Shown: piece after piece, positions 35,824 to 48,532 of the stretch
How positions within the stretch are numbered: position 1 is the stretch's first letter
Layout of the letters: each line of letters opens with the position of its first letter
NCBI GenBank assembly: GCA_963693365.1
Contig: CAVNZM010000005.1
Location: forward strand, 2,996,202 to 3,060,201
DNA: 64,000 nt
Direction: 5' to 3'
Source: Amoebidium appalachense
Taxonomy: Eukaryota; Protista; Ichthyosporea
Translations under genes and position numbers: made by a program
Notes under the pieces: generated by a model
Database searches by the model: none
Told to the model about the DNA's origin: nothing
The model's input: only the letters and a program-made list of their open reading frames with translations

Positions 35824-36793
35824 CGCATACTCACCGCCAGTGTACACAGGGACGAATTGACAGACGAACCGACACCAAAGCGGCAGAAAGAGAACAACGA
35901 AAACTGCGAAGAAGCGACAGACGACACCCCATTTGTCCCCCTCTACTGCACCAATGCAGCCATTCGGGACTACTGCGAGAAACAGGTGCTGGCGGGGTGC
36001 GCCCAGCTATTGGATAACGAAGCTATTTTAAAACACGTCACGAAAGAAGTTCTGATGAGACTGGTGGGCTCGGACCATCTCCAAATGAGCGAGTTTGATT
36101 TGTTTAAAAGGGTTGGTGCAACGGAGTGATCTGACTGGCACCGTTTTGTACGATTCAGCCACCGTGGAGAATGAGTTTCATGTGGAAGACATGGTGCGGT
36201 TCTGTCTGATGTCTGGCGATGAACTCAGGGAGGTGGAAAGGAGTAAGAAGGTTTCGTTAAATGCAATTCTGTGTGCATACAAGGGACGATACGAGGCACA
36301 TATCTCACCATCTCTGGACGATGTGGACTGCATGAACGATTGGATGCGGCCACGCTATGCCCGGCAGGCCACTGTCACCTTTCCTCCTTTTTCGCAAGAA
36401 TTCGTTGATTTTGGCGTTCGTTTTTTATCAGACGACTTCCGTGTTGGAAATACAATGTTGCACATTGGCTGTGCATATGTGGATGCTCCAGAAGATTCCA
36501 CCAAGATATCGGTATTGGCATATTTACAGTTGGCGGGGGGTCCTCCTGTTCCTGACCATGCAGGGTATGTGGGGTATTTCACACTTCATGCTAGCCAGCT
36601 GGGCAAAGATTGTAGTCTAGACTTGGCTGCACATTGGAGGTACACGGTTAATGAAGGTAGTGTGGGCGACTTGCTACCAGGGTTGGATGAGGTTGACAAG
36701 AGTGCGCTACCGGAATTGCTGCAGGAGGGGTGCGACCCTTATTGTGGATGTGGGTGTGGTTATGCGCCTGGCGGATTGGCTTGTTTAGGTTAA
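32641..36793 (+). pseudogene. BTB/POZ-BACK domain protein, apparently frameshifted
   Basis: Exon 32641-32806 (…VTLQ…KAFKVHRVIMA), exon ~34442-34618 (SSFREGTETEIAIRETDTETLSLLIDAVY…VHMVNAADK), then ~35860-36793 (BACK-like LMRLVGSDHLQMSEFDLF…VRFCLMS). Frameshifts at ~36108 and ~36734, judged by comparison with the paralogue. Confidence 0.72.
34619..34835. repeat. (GT)n/(GCGT)n microsatellite starting at a splice donor
   Basis: GT array begins at the donor GT of the BTB exon. Confidence 0.9.
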
Positions 36794-36987
36794 CGCTTAG
36801 GTAGTGACCATATTGACTGGCTGGAACATAGTGACACTGTACATATGGTGGGTTGTAGTAGCATGAATGGTGAAGTCATGCCAAAGATTTTCTTTTTTTC
36901 CCCTTAAAATCATCCATTGTCGTTTTGAACATGTATCGTAATGGCGTCTATATATATATAATATCGATGACGCACGTGGCAGATACT

Positions 36988-37023
<36 letters not shown>

Positions 37024-37499
37024 CCCCAACCCACCCACCCACACACACGTGTGTGCACACACAATCGCGCAAAAGCAACGCAAAACAAAACAAAACAAAC
37101 GAAAAGGGTCAATCGAAAATTAAATGACTCGGTTGGCGTGTGGAATTGTCGACATACAATATAATGTTCTCTGGACTACGTATACCGTGTTTTGTTAGCT
37201 AACTCCTAGATCTGTCAAGAGCTCATTTCATGATCCATGATACTCAAGTATAGCTATCTCTGGCAGCCACCTTCAAGGCTTCAAATATTCCCCAGAGGAA
37301 TAGCCCTGGCGGTTTTATCCCGGCAATGATATTGGCTAATGTGTCTACAACACGTATAATTTTACTGTAACGAACCAGCAGTCAGTGCAAAGGCCTGTTG
37401 GGCCCACGACCTTTGGAAAGAGGTTGCTTTGCATATATGTAGCTGCTGCAGCTCCCGGCCTGCAGATTACGGTTAACGTTCCCACACGGCTGTCCTCAG

Positions 37500-37532
<33 letters not shown>

Positions 37533-38301
37533 ACAACCACCACCACCACACACACATGTGCACACACACCATTGATATCACCTCTACAAAAAAAAAACAG
37601 CCAACCCTTAAATATAAAAATGACAGCAACTTTCAAAATAAGATGGCCATGTGCCCGCAGTTAACCAGTGGCAGACATTATGTGCCGTATGTAGTATTTC
37701 TGTGCCAGTCTGCCGTTGCTTTATTTGGCAAGGCCTGATCAACGCCTACCTGCCATAGATCAATATAGATCCCTTCAATATATGTACATACTGTGCTGGG
37801 CTGGGTTAAAAACTGACATTGCACGTAACTGATATCCTGCCCTTTTGTTTATCAACAATATCGACAAACACATATTCTAGTATTTGATTTTGGCAAAATC
37901 ATGTCGATAAGGCCGTTGCGAGTATGTGGCGCACGTACATGAAATCTCTTTCCTACACTGTGGTTGGGTGTGTGGGAGTGGCAATTTGGACACACATTAA
38001 TTATGCCTATGAGTATACATGTGATTGTGGAGGCATAATGCCCCTTGCGGAAATTCATGCACCAGCCAACACAAACTCCATCTATAAATCTGGAACACAC
38101 AATAAACTTCCCACCCATCACATAAACCACAATAGAAACCCACCCCATTTCAATCCCCAAAAAGCCACACCCATCTCCACAGACCAAACCAACGAACCAT
38201 TTGCACACCCTTTACCCACCCTATGGCACCGTCATATTAACCCTGCAACTACCACACACACGAAGTGTTACAAACCAAAAATACAGAAAAATACACCGGA
38301 T

Positions 38302-38945
38302 TTATCCCCCCCAACGGAAGTGGAAGTGCTGGCCCCCCTGGTGGAAGTGGTGGGGGTGCATGAACGGGTGGCCGTGTTGCTGTCTCTGATGTTCCTGCTG
38401 TGCCTCGGGGTCAAGGGGGTCGATACCTTGGTCAAACTGCCGCCGTTTTTCTGTGGTGGGAAAAAGGAAAACGGAAGTTAGAATACTTGTGTGTAAAAGG
38501 TAAAATTTAAATATGACAGTGGTAGGGGGCCTTCTCTCTGCTAGAATATTTGGCTAGCACATGCGCGGTGTGGAACCCACACGAAGTTACACCACAAAAG
38601 AATTAGGCAAATGTATGTGTTGAGTGCGAGAAGGGTTTTTTGTTTCCATCTCTCTATACCTCTCTCCGTCCCCCTTCCCTTCCTCCCTCTCTCTCTGTGT
38701 GTGTGGGTGTGAGCGTGCGCACATGTTGGGAAAGGGGGGGAAAGGGGGAGAGGGGGGGAGGGGGGGGAGGGGGGGGGGGGGGGTCAAGTATCGGCAGCTG
38801 CGTGCCTCTAGGTATTTCTGGCAGACGCCTATGCCCACATGCACCCATTGACACCTGAGTGACCAGTGCATGCGCACTTTTACAGGCGTCCTGGCAAAAA
38901 CAATTATAAAAATACATATATATACATATATTTATGGATCTGTGT

Positions 38946-38996
<51 letters not shown>

Positions 38997-39749
38997 CGTG
39001 TGTGTGCGTGTGTACCTTCATCGAGCAGCACCTCCTTAGCATCGCTCAAGTCCATAAACTTCTTCTCGGCCATCTCCCGGTCATGCCCCTCGTACTGTGT
39101 GCACAAGCATCCCGTTAGCCTCCTGTATGCCATAGAAGATTCCCCACATTTATCTAGCCCCGAAACTTGAAAGCATGAAGTAGGGCTTGGAATGAATAGG
39201 GCCACGGCATAATGAGTATGTACCGGTGCCCCGGGGAGACTCTCTCCGACAGGTAGGAGAGCGCGAAGAATGGTGGTCATGGTGGTGGGGAACATATCTT
39301 CGGCAGTTATCTCTAAGAGGGGCTCAGAGTTTGCGTATGTGTGCATATTGCAATTCATCCTCCTGCCCTAGCGTCTGTTTAGCCTTGTCCCCCCCCCCCC
39401 CCACCCACGCACCCACCCAAAAAAAAAGAGAGAGAGAGAGAGAAAGAGAAAGAGAAAGGGAAAGCCCACACGTTCCCAAAGATTTCGGTATCCCGTGCAG
39501 GCACATGCACATGAGTCATATAGCCGTGGTCATAGACCCCTGAATGAACAGACCTTGTCTGGGTGCCACTCCAGGGCCAGTTTGCGGTAGGCCTTGGTGA
39601 CTTGCTTCTTGGTTGCATCCCTGGGTACCTGCACATCATGCAATCAGTACTGATGTAGGGAGGGGAGGGGGGGGGGGGGGGGGTTTGCGATATGTAGCAC
39701 AAAGTATGCATTTATGAAGGACAACACAATGTGGAGTGCAAGGCACACA

Positions 39750-39781
<32 letters not shown>

Positions 39782-40382
39782 GATGTATGCGTTTAGAGGG
39801 TTGGAAATGTGGAGGAGACAACAAAGAGCAACAACAAAACGTCACAAAATGGGAAATCCAAAAGGGGGGTAATAATGTATTGTTCGGAATGTACATGTGC
39901 TTACTGGGTTTTACTTATTTGATTAGTTGCATTTTTTATATTTTTTTTTAAAAAAAAATTTCTTTCTTTCCTTTTTTTTTTTTTAGGAGAGAGGGGGAGG
40001 GGAAGGGGGAAGGGGGACATTACCATGCATGTTAAAGTGTGTGCTTGCACGTCTGTGTGTGTGTGTGTGCATATATAGGTGTGCGCTGGTGTATGCCTGC
40101 TGAATCCATTCGAGTGTGTGTGTGTGTGTGCTACATGCATGTATGTGCATGCACATATGCTCGTTATGTTATGGTCCATGCATGCCACAGTGCCACCCAG
40201 ACATACCCCGAGGATAGCATAGTAGTCTCTCTTCTTAGCCTGCTTCTGTAGTTTCTGTGCCCGCCCGAGTCCTTCTTGCGCCTGCAGAGAAAAAAAAAAC
40301 ACATCAGCAGAGACAAAAACAAACATGTCCTTATCCTCTCCCCCCCCCCCCCCCCACCCCTCCCTCCCCCCCCCCCCCCCTC

Positions 40383-40418
<36 letters not shown>

Positions 40419-40748
40419 CGCGGTCCATGGTCCATACACACAAACACTACCATCACCACCACAAACCCACTCAACCACCCACACACGCATAGCTTAACAC
40501 AACTTCAACCAAGGACTAAAAATCACACATGCCTAGACTGGAAATCACTTTGGTCTCCCCCTCATTCCCGTCCCACAACCATACCCATGCAATACAATGT
40601 GCCCACAAAAGAAGCAGTGTTTCTTGTTACCAAGAGCAAAGCCTATCGAAGATGTGATGATAGGTCGAGAAATAGAGACGTAGTACATCACGTGGAGAAC
40701 AGACGTGAAGAAAAAGGGTGCTGCCGAATCCCCAGATGTTGATGGCAG

Positions 40749-40791
<43 letters not shown>

Positions 40792-41432
40792 TCCATACTC
40801 TTTGGTAGCCCTCGTGGTGCTGCAGCGCCTGTTGGAAATCATTGATGGCTGGAAAGGGGGGCCAAGGTCAGGAAACGAACAAACCAGATAATCTTAGAAG
40901 GTTTAATTGCAAAGAAATCCATGGCCATAGAATTCTCAGAGAGTCTAGGGCAGCGGCACGGGTTTATAGGAGACAGACACACTCCAATGCACCCATGATC
41001 TACACCACAACCTTACACACATCATGTACAATGACAAACTTGCAAACCTCATGTACACCGATAACCTAACACACATAATCTAGAGCCACCCCCACACAAA
41101 CATGTGTCATGCATCCACTCTTGCCTATGCCCACAACTGAAAAACCCTTACAAGCTTACATCCGGAAGGACCATAAGCACCGTAAGGAACCCACGTCCGG
41201 GGGGAGGGGGAAGGGAGAGGGGGGGGGGAGGGGGGGGATGATGGGGAGAGGGAGTAAGGGGGGAAAGGGGGCAGGGGGGGGGGGGGGTGGGAGGGGGGAT
41301 CAAATGGATACCTTCGTCGAATTTCCCCAGCAGAATGTGTGCCTCTGCACGGTCACACAGCACATCGGCATCCCCGAGGTTGTGTTCGGCTGCAGTGGTG
41401 CATGCCGTGACACCCTCATCCCCACGCTTGAG

Positions 41433-41469
<37 letters not shown>

Positions 41470-41924
41470 GTGCGAAGGTATGAATATGTGCGTGCTTGTC
41501 GGTGTGTATATGCATGTGTGCGTTGGAATTTGTTCAGCCGTGAGTACGCAGATGCACGAAAGTGGGGGGAGGGGGGAGGGGATGGGGGGAGGGGGTAAGT
41601 AAGTAATTTATACCCATGCATCGGTGTGTGTGTAGTACGGCCGGCCACTTTAGTTAACCGGGGAAACACGGGGGATAAACTGTGGGGCAAAGTGCCAAAG
41701 GTAGCAGAAAAACGATAGAATTGTGTGGGTGGGTGCACGCGCAGGACTTGTGCATGCGGTTGTGGCTTCATGTAGGTCGGGAGAAGGGAGCAGGACGAAG
41801 ACAGACTCGAGAACAAAGGTGTTTAGGTGCACAAGGTAAGCGCTGTGTGCATGTGTGTTCGCAAGTGTGGGTGGCGGAACACGGATGTGTGTGTATGTTC
41901 GTGCGGGCCTTTAGGTGAGGATGT

Positions 41925-41988
<64 letters not shown>

Positions 41989-42630
41989 CTGTGTCTCTGT
42001 GTGTGCCTGTGCCACCCACCTTCAAGTGGACCGAGCACAGCTTCTTTGTGAGCTGTGCCTGGAATGTTCTGGAATCCCCCGTCTGCTTGAGGGCATTCTC
42101 GATCTTGCCCACTGCATCCTCCCACCGCTCCTCACTCTCAGCACTCTCCAGCCCATTCATGGTTTGCGCTAGTTTTTTCACTCGCTGTGAGGGGGGCAGG
42201 TTAAAAGATGACATGCAGTATCAACTAGGGATTGTATGGCTACACAATGGAGGTTTTCTTGCTTGGATGAACCATTCCCCCCCCCCCCCCCCCCCCCCCC
42301 CTCCGGGCCCCAAAAGAAAAGGGGGGAAAAAAACAAAATGACAAAATGAAAAAAAAAAAAAAAAAAAGGCCCGCCGGGGGTATCGAGACTCGGTATTCGA
42401 ACATGGAGGAGGAGGGGTGGTGGCGGTGGTGGTGGCGGGGCAAAAAAAAAAAAAAAAAAAAAAAAAAAGGAGAAAAAATGAAACATTCATGTAACCTGCC
42501 CGAACATACCAAATCCCCTCCAACCACCACATGCACACACCCAATCGATAAAATGATCGGCCATATCCCCAAATCCGCCTAATACCCATACGATGCGAGT
42601 GCGTAGTGGGGTTTAGGGCAGGGGTTGGAT

Positions 42631-42667
<37 letters not shown>

Positions 42668-42789
42668 GGGGGGAGGGGGGGCCGGGGGGGGAATCAAAGT
42701 GTGTTGCCGTGTACGAGGCATAGGCTCAAAAGAACAACTCAAAGTAGGTTCCGCAAAAACGGCCACACATGAATATGCATCATAAAGAT

Positions 42790-42846
<57 letters not shown>

Positions 42847-44102
42847 GGGGGGGGGGGGGGGGGGGGGGGGGGGTGGGGGGACACACACCTTGTAGTGTGC
42901 AAAGCAGTCCTTGTGGTCTGGGTCCAGCTTCAAACACTCTCGTATTTGTCTGCAATCACAGTGCACCGTCAGCCTGTTTTGTCGTGACTATCCCTATCAT
43001 GAGCTTGCTATTGCATTCGCACACTCGAGCTATCCAAAAGCATGCAGACCAAAAAGAACCGCGGTTTACAAGTACAGATTTCAAACAGGTGCTCCCAACG
43101 TAAACCTAACAATGTTTTCTCCTTGGGCGTGCAAGTGTGTGCAGCGAGCATATTTTCCTTCCTCTGTGTGTCTCTATGTCTACCTTCTTGTCAGTGCATG
43201 TGTGTGTTCCCAGAGAAGTAGAGGAACAGAAGAGAATAGCAGTACATGGTATGAAGCACCCACGAGTGAAGGAACAACGTAACAGGTCCCCGGCAAACAG
43301 ACCTATTCTTGGAGGGTTGGTTGGTGGGTGGGTGGGTGGGTGAGTGGTTAGGGAGGTTACACCGTGTTATAGAGTACCAACTAGTATGCATTCATAACGG
43401 ACAACACAATATAAAGTGCAAAACACACCAAGTATGCATGATAAGCAAAAACTGTCCTCAAGGGGGGGGGGGGGGGGGGGGGGAGGGAAATCATTCTCAA
43501 ATGGGGGAAGGGGGAGGCGAGGGGGGGAGGGGGGGGGGGGGGGGGGGCATTTCACATACGCCAGGGAGTTCTGAGCCTCTCCGCTCTGATAATATAGCTG
43601 ACTAAGTTTAAGGAATCCATTGGTGTTGTCGTTGGTAAGGCGGGTGGCGCGCCTGCAGGTACGAGATACAGGTTATGTCAGATAAAACAGAAAATTGGGT
43701 TCGTCATATACAAACAAGAATACTTCACAGAAAAGGGCGGTCTAATCACATCCATACCAGTTTATTTTTAACTCTACAACGTGCCAGATAGTTTGCATAT
43801 GAACGGTTTGCTATGCCTTCAGGCCTGGGTAGGCTAAGTTCGGTGCACACACACGTTTGTGTGCATGGTGTTTTGGTTTTTCTCTTTCTCTTTGTGTGTG
43901 TGTGTGTGTGTGCGCGCGTGTGCATGCATCCATCTCTCTCTCTCCCCCCCCCCCCCCCCCCCCCCCCCTCTCTCCCTCGTTCTGTCTCTGTGTGTGCACG
44001 CACACACGTGTTTGTGCCAGTGTGAATGTGTGTGTGCATGCGTGTGTGGGTGTGTGTTCATGAGCACCCCAGGCTGGGGAGAGCGGGGGTGGGTGGGTAG
44101 GT

Positions 44103-44145
<43 letters not shown>

Positions 44146-44910
44146 TACGTATAATCGCCGATGGCTTCGGCCATGTTGCCAAGGGCCAAATTAGCCTCGG
44201 CTCTAATTTCACGAATTTCGTCATCCTGTATGGGGGGGGGGGGGGGGGGGGGGGGGGGGAGGGGGGAGGGTTAGAATGCTGGGGGGGCTAGGATGCGGTG
44301 GGGGGAGGGGAGGGGGGAAAGGGGGGGAGACGGTGGTGCGCCATAGTTTGTGTACGCGTGTGGTGTACATTCAAGCATCTGAGAGATTGTGGTTGCCTTT
44401 GGTGTGCTGCCGTGTAGGTGCTAAGCGTTGTGGGTTACTCAGTGTGTCCCCAACATATACTGTCAATACCCATCCTCCATTTTCTGCACACACAAAAAAA
44501 ACACGACCTTCCTGCAGACTTGCCTGCAGTTACCTTAACACGCAAACCCACGTGATCATGCACACACACACACACATGCACACAAACACACACGCACACG
44601 CACACGCACACGCACACGCACACGCACACACACACACACAGTACCTCCTTTGCATGCTCCACAGCCACAGTCAGCATGTGCACAGCCTCCTCCCACCTCC
44701 CAGCCTCATACAGCCGCTTACCCTCCGCTTTGTGGTCACGTGCCGCGCGCAGGGATTCCATCTGGAGGGGGGAGGGGGGGGAGGGTGGGAGGAAAGGAGA
44801 GAAGGGGAAGGGATGGTGGTGGTGGTGGTGGTAGTGGCGGTGGTGGTGGTGGTGGGGGGTGTGGGGGAGGGGGGAGTTGTGCAGGAAAGGGGAGAGTAAT
44901 GCGTGCATGG

Positions 44911-44966
<56 letters not shown>

Positions 44967-46194
44967 TGTGCACGTGCGTACGTGTGGATGTGTGGGCAGT
45001 AAAGGAGGGAAGAAGGGGAGGGAAGTAGGAGTGCCAGGAAGGGGTGGAAGGGAGGGGGGGGGGGGGGGGGTTTGTAAGAAGTTTTCCTAAGAGGAGTGGC
45101 AAGAAAGCGGGCAGTTGGCAGGAACTAACCCACACACAGTATAAAACAAAAGCAGGGCGCATTGCAGACCCCCCCCCCCGGGGGGAGGGGGGTCGACACT
45201 TGGGTGTGGAATAGCAGGTCACTGAGGAATGAATGAGCGAGTAGAGTGGTGGTGGTCAGGCAGGGTGAGATGGGGCAGGTTGGAATCGGGAGATGGTTGC
45301 AATTGTAGGTAGAAGTAAGGGAGGGCCAGTGAACGATAAGAAATGATCTTGCACAATAGGTGCAGGCTTGTCCGCCATCAAATACACCTGTCAACCCCAT
45401 TAACGTCACACACCAACCTCCACATGAACATCGACATGCGCGCACGCACACATGCACACACACACACCCCCAACCACACCCACCCACACACACACGTACC
45501 AGCTGTTGACCCTCAGGATCATCTTTGACATGCTCCAGAGATTCTTCCGCATCGGCAAACCTGCCAAGTTTAATCTCCAGAGTGGCCCGTTTGATCCACG
45601 CCTGCACGTGGCCAGGGTGAGTCTTAATTAACACTTACTAAATCGCTCTTGATTAACTAATTGAACAATAGTTTTATGAGTGAATGCCAAGGTGGCTCAT
45701 CCACGTAGACATGTGTGCAAATGTTGATGGGTAGCAGAGGGAACGAGTAGACCAGGCAAAGCCAAGGGCAGAAGACTTTGTGTGTGTATGTGTGAGTGTG
45801 TGTCTGGGTGGGTGGGGGAGGCAGCGGGGGAAGGGGGGGGGGGGGGGGAGAGAGAGAGAAGGAGGGGGGGGGGGGGGTTGTGTTTAGTCAACAGGTGCAT
45901 CGTTTGAAAACGTCGATGGCGAGTGGTGACCTCTGGTAAAGAATGGCAACCACGGAGTATGAACGGGGGGAGGGGGGGGGGGGGGGGGGGATATATCAGA
46001 GACATCGAACATCGATCACTATTGGAAAGGGAACAACACAAAACCATAGACAGATAGAAGCTATCGTGCAGTACCCTGATAAAAGGTGCTCGGCGTGCAT
46101 GTAGGGTTGAATGGATGCACACGGGTGGGTGTGGAAATAGTGGTGTGCACGAGAGAATATGTAACAGAGCACGCGCACGCGCAGGTCCACGCGG

Positions 46195-46251
<57 letters not shown>

Positions 46252-46710
46252 CAAGTGAGTGAGCAAGTGTGTTTGTGGGTGGGCGCTTACATCCATGTAT
46301 TTCTAGTTGAATGCACATGTGCGCGCGCGCGTGTGTGTGTGCACGCGCGCGCATGCACAGGTGTGTGTGTGGGTATGTGCGCTTGTGTGTGTGTGTGTCT
46401 TTGTGAGCGTGCATATGTAGCCACAAGTGTGGCCCCCTCTGCCCAGGCTTGTCTGTCCGCTTGTATGTGTACGTGACCCCGACATGTGAGTACTCTTTTG
46501 TGCGTGCAGATGCCCGTGCGGGCATGCTACGTGTGAGTAATTGTAGGTTCTTGCCTGCTTTTTCATGAAGAAAAGAAAGTTGGGTTATAATCTTGATTAT
46601 CTGGTGGTAACAGTTGCTTTTTTCATTTCTAACCCTCCAAAAAATCATTCTATCTTTCTGTCTTTCTTTCCTTTTTTTTTTTTTTTTTCCCTTTCTTTCT
46701 TTTTTTTTTT

Positions 46711-46775
<65 letters not shown>

Positions 46776-46961
46776 GGGTTATACCTTAAGCAGCTTTGGG
46801 TTTAGCTGCACGGCCTTTTCCAAGTCGGCAAGGGCATTCTTTGTTCGGCCCACGGCCTGGTACACCGTGGCTCGCTGGCAGGGGGGAACGAGACAAACAT
46901 AGCTGGTAAGTAAAAAAAACCAAGTAATAAAACAGAGAAAGGAAAAACCACTGGTGGAAAG

Positions 46962-46997
<36 letters not shown>

Positions 46998-47440
46998 TGG
47001 TTCCCCTCCCCCCTCCCCCCCCCGAAACACACACAAGCGCACAGAGAGCCAGAGAATAGAGAGAACGAGTGTGTGCAGGAAGAGAAACAGAGCGACAGGA
47101 GGGATCAGAGAGAGGGCACGGGGTGTGGTGTGTATGGGGGGTTTGGGGGGGAAGAACAAGAATTAAATGGAAGAACTTAGCCGCAAAGAGGTGTGAGGGA
47201 TCACGTGGTGGCACTGGTGGTAGTGGTGGTGGTGGGGAGGGGGGTTGCACCCTAGCCAAAAGAGGCTAAGCAAGTGTCAAGTAGAGAAAGTAATAAAGGA
47301 TTTCAAAATAAAGCGTAATTAGTTTTTGGGGTGAAAGATACTACGTGTAAGAGTAGGTGTTTTGAAGTTCTTTGAGAACAAGACAAACTGGTCAAATATT
47401 GCCAGGTGCGTGCCTGGGTGGCTGTGTAGGTTCTTAGGGA

Positions 47441-47473
<33 letters not shown>

Positions 47474-48532
47474 CGCGTGTGCAAGCCTGCATGTGAGGAG
47501 GGGGGGGGGGGGGGGAAGCATCCTCCTTTAGCAATCAACTACACTCACCTGGTCATAGGCAGCAAAGCTGTTGCCATCTTTATCTGCAAAATGGGCAACG
47601 TGATCAGCAACCTACGTCTGCACCACTGGACCAGGCGAGGAGCGAAGGTAGACAGCCCCGTTAATTGCCCTTTACTTACTCGCGGAGACGTATATATGTA
47701 ACAAGGCACAACTCATAGTGCCAGCGTACAACCATGATTGTGCGTACATGAATGGCATAGAGTGATAACTAAGAATCTGCACGCTTTTGTCACCCTTCTT
47801 CCCACCGTCTCACGTTCCATTCCCTTTCTCCTTAGTAATTCCCCCCTCTCCCCTCAGTTCACCCATCTCACTTTCAAAATGCTACCGAGATCCGGGAAGG
47901 ACGGGGGAGGGGAAGGGGGGGGGGGGGGGGGGGGGGGGGGAGTTGGGGGGAGGGGGGAGGGGGGGGGAGTGGGGGGGTTGGCAAGGAGGGTTTGGGGATG
48001 TTGTGGGGGGGAGGGAGGTTTGGGTGGATAGCACGGCCTGGACAAATCGACAGTGCCAAACTGCACATACCTATAACCTGAGAGAACTTCTCCAGAGCAG
48101 CCTCATAGTTGCCTTCACGCAGTGAGCCTCTCGCTTGGGTCAGAAGCTCGTCTATAGTTGAACCACCTGTAACGGTTGGGCCAAGAGTGGGGAGAACGGG
48201 AAAGTAAGCTTCCGTATTTCCCTTTTTTTTCCTTTTTTTTTTTTTTTTTTTTTTTTGAGTTTTTTTTGTCTTTTTGGTCCAGACCAGAAATCAGACAGAT
48301 CTAGAGATGCCAAAGAGATAACGGTGACTTTCAAGCGAGGGTACAGTGAATATCCAACCAACATAACGCAACTGTCATGTGGCTGTATGTGGTAAAACAT
48401 CGAAGGAGGCAACTACCAATGGGTGGAAGATCTTAACAAAGCAAAAGGACAATGGCCAAGGCCGGATTTCTTACAGGAGCTGCCGAGAAGGCCAGAAAGT
48501 AGAACGAGGCAGAAGCGCCCCTTGACTCTCAT
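38302..48532 (-). CDS. DNAJC3: DnaJ homolog subfamily C member 3 (P58IPK; signal peptide + TPR repeats + J domain)
   Basis: Minus-strand exons approx. 48532-48475 ([19 protein letters not shown], tentative start), 48167-48071, 47584-47549, 46876-46785, 45630-45500, 44762-44645, 44226-44149, 43653-43560, 42949-42889 ([20 protein letters not shown]), 42184-42020, 41432-41312, 40848-40798, 40281-40207 ([13 protein letters not shown]), 39628-39554 ([14 protein letters not shown]), 39094-39016 ([15 protein letters not shown]), 38450-38302 ([15 protein letters not shown]…FHFRWGG*). Confidence 0.93.
39684..39755 (-). repeat. Poly-C-embedded repeat family 3, copy 2
   Basis: Reverse complement resembles 26684-26734; G-runs on both sides. 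Confidence 0.6.
39783..39863 (-). repeat. Poly-C-terminated repeat family 2, copy 2
   Basis: Reverse complement ends …CCAACCCTCTAAACGCATACAT + C-run, the same terminus as 28304. Confidence 0.75.
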
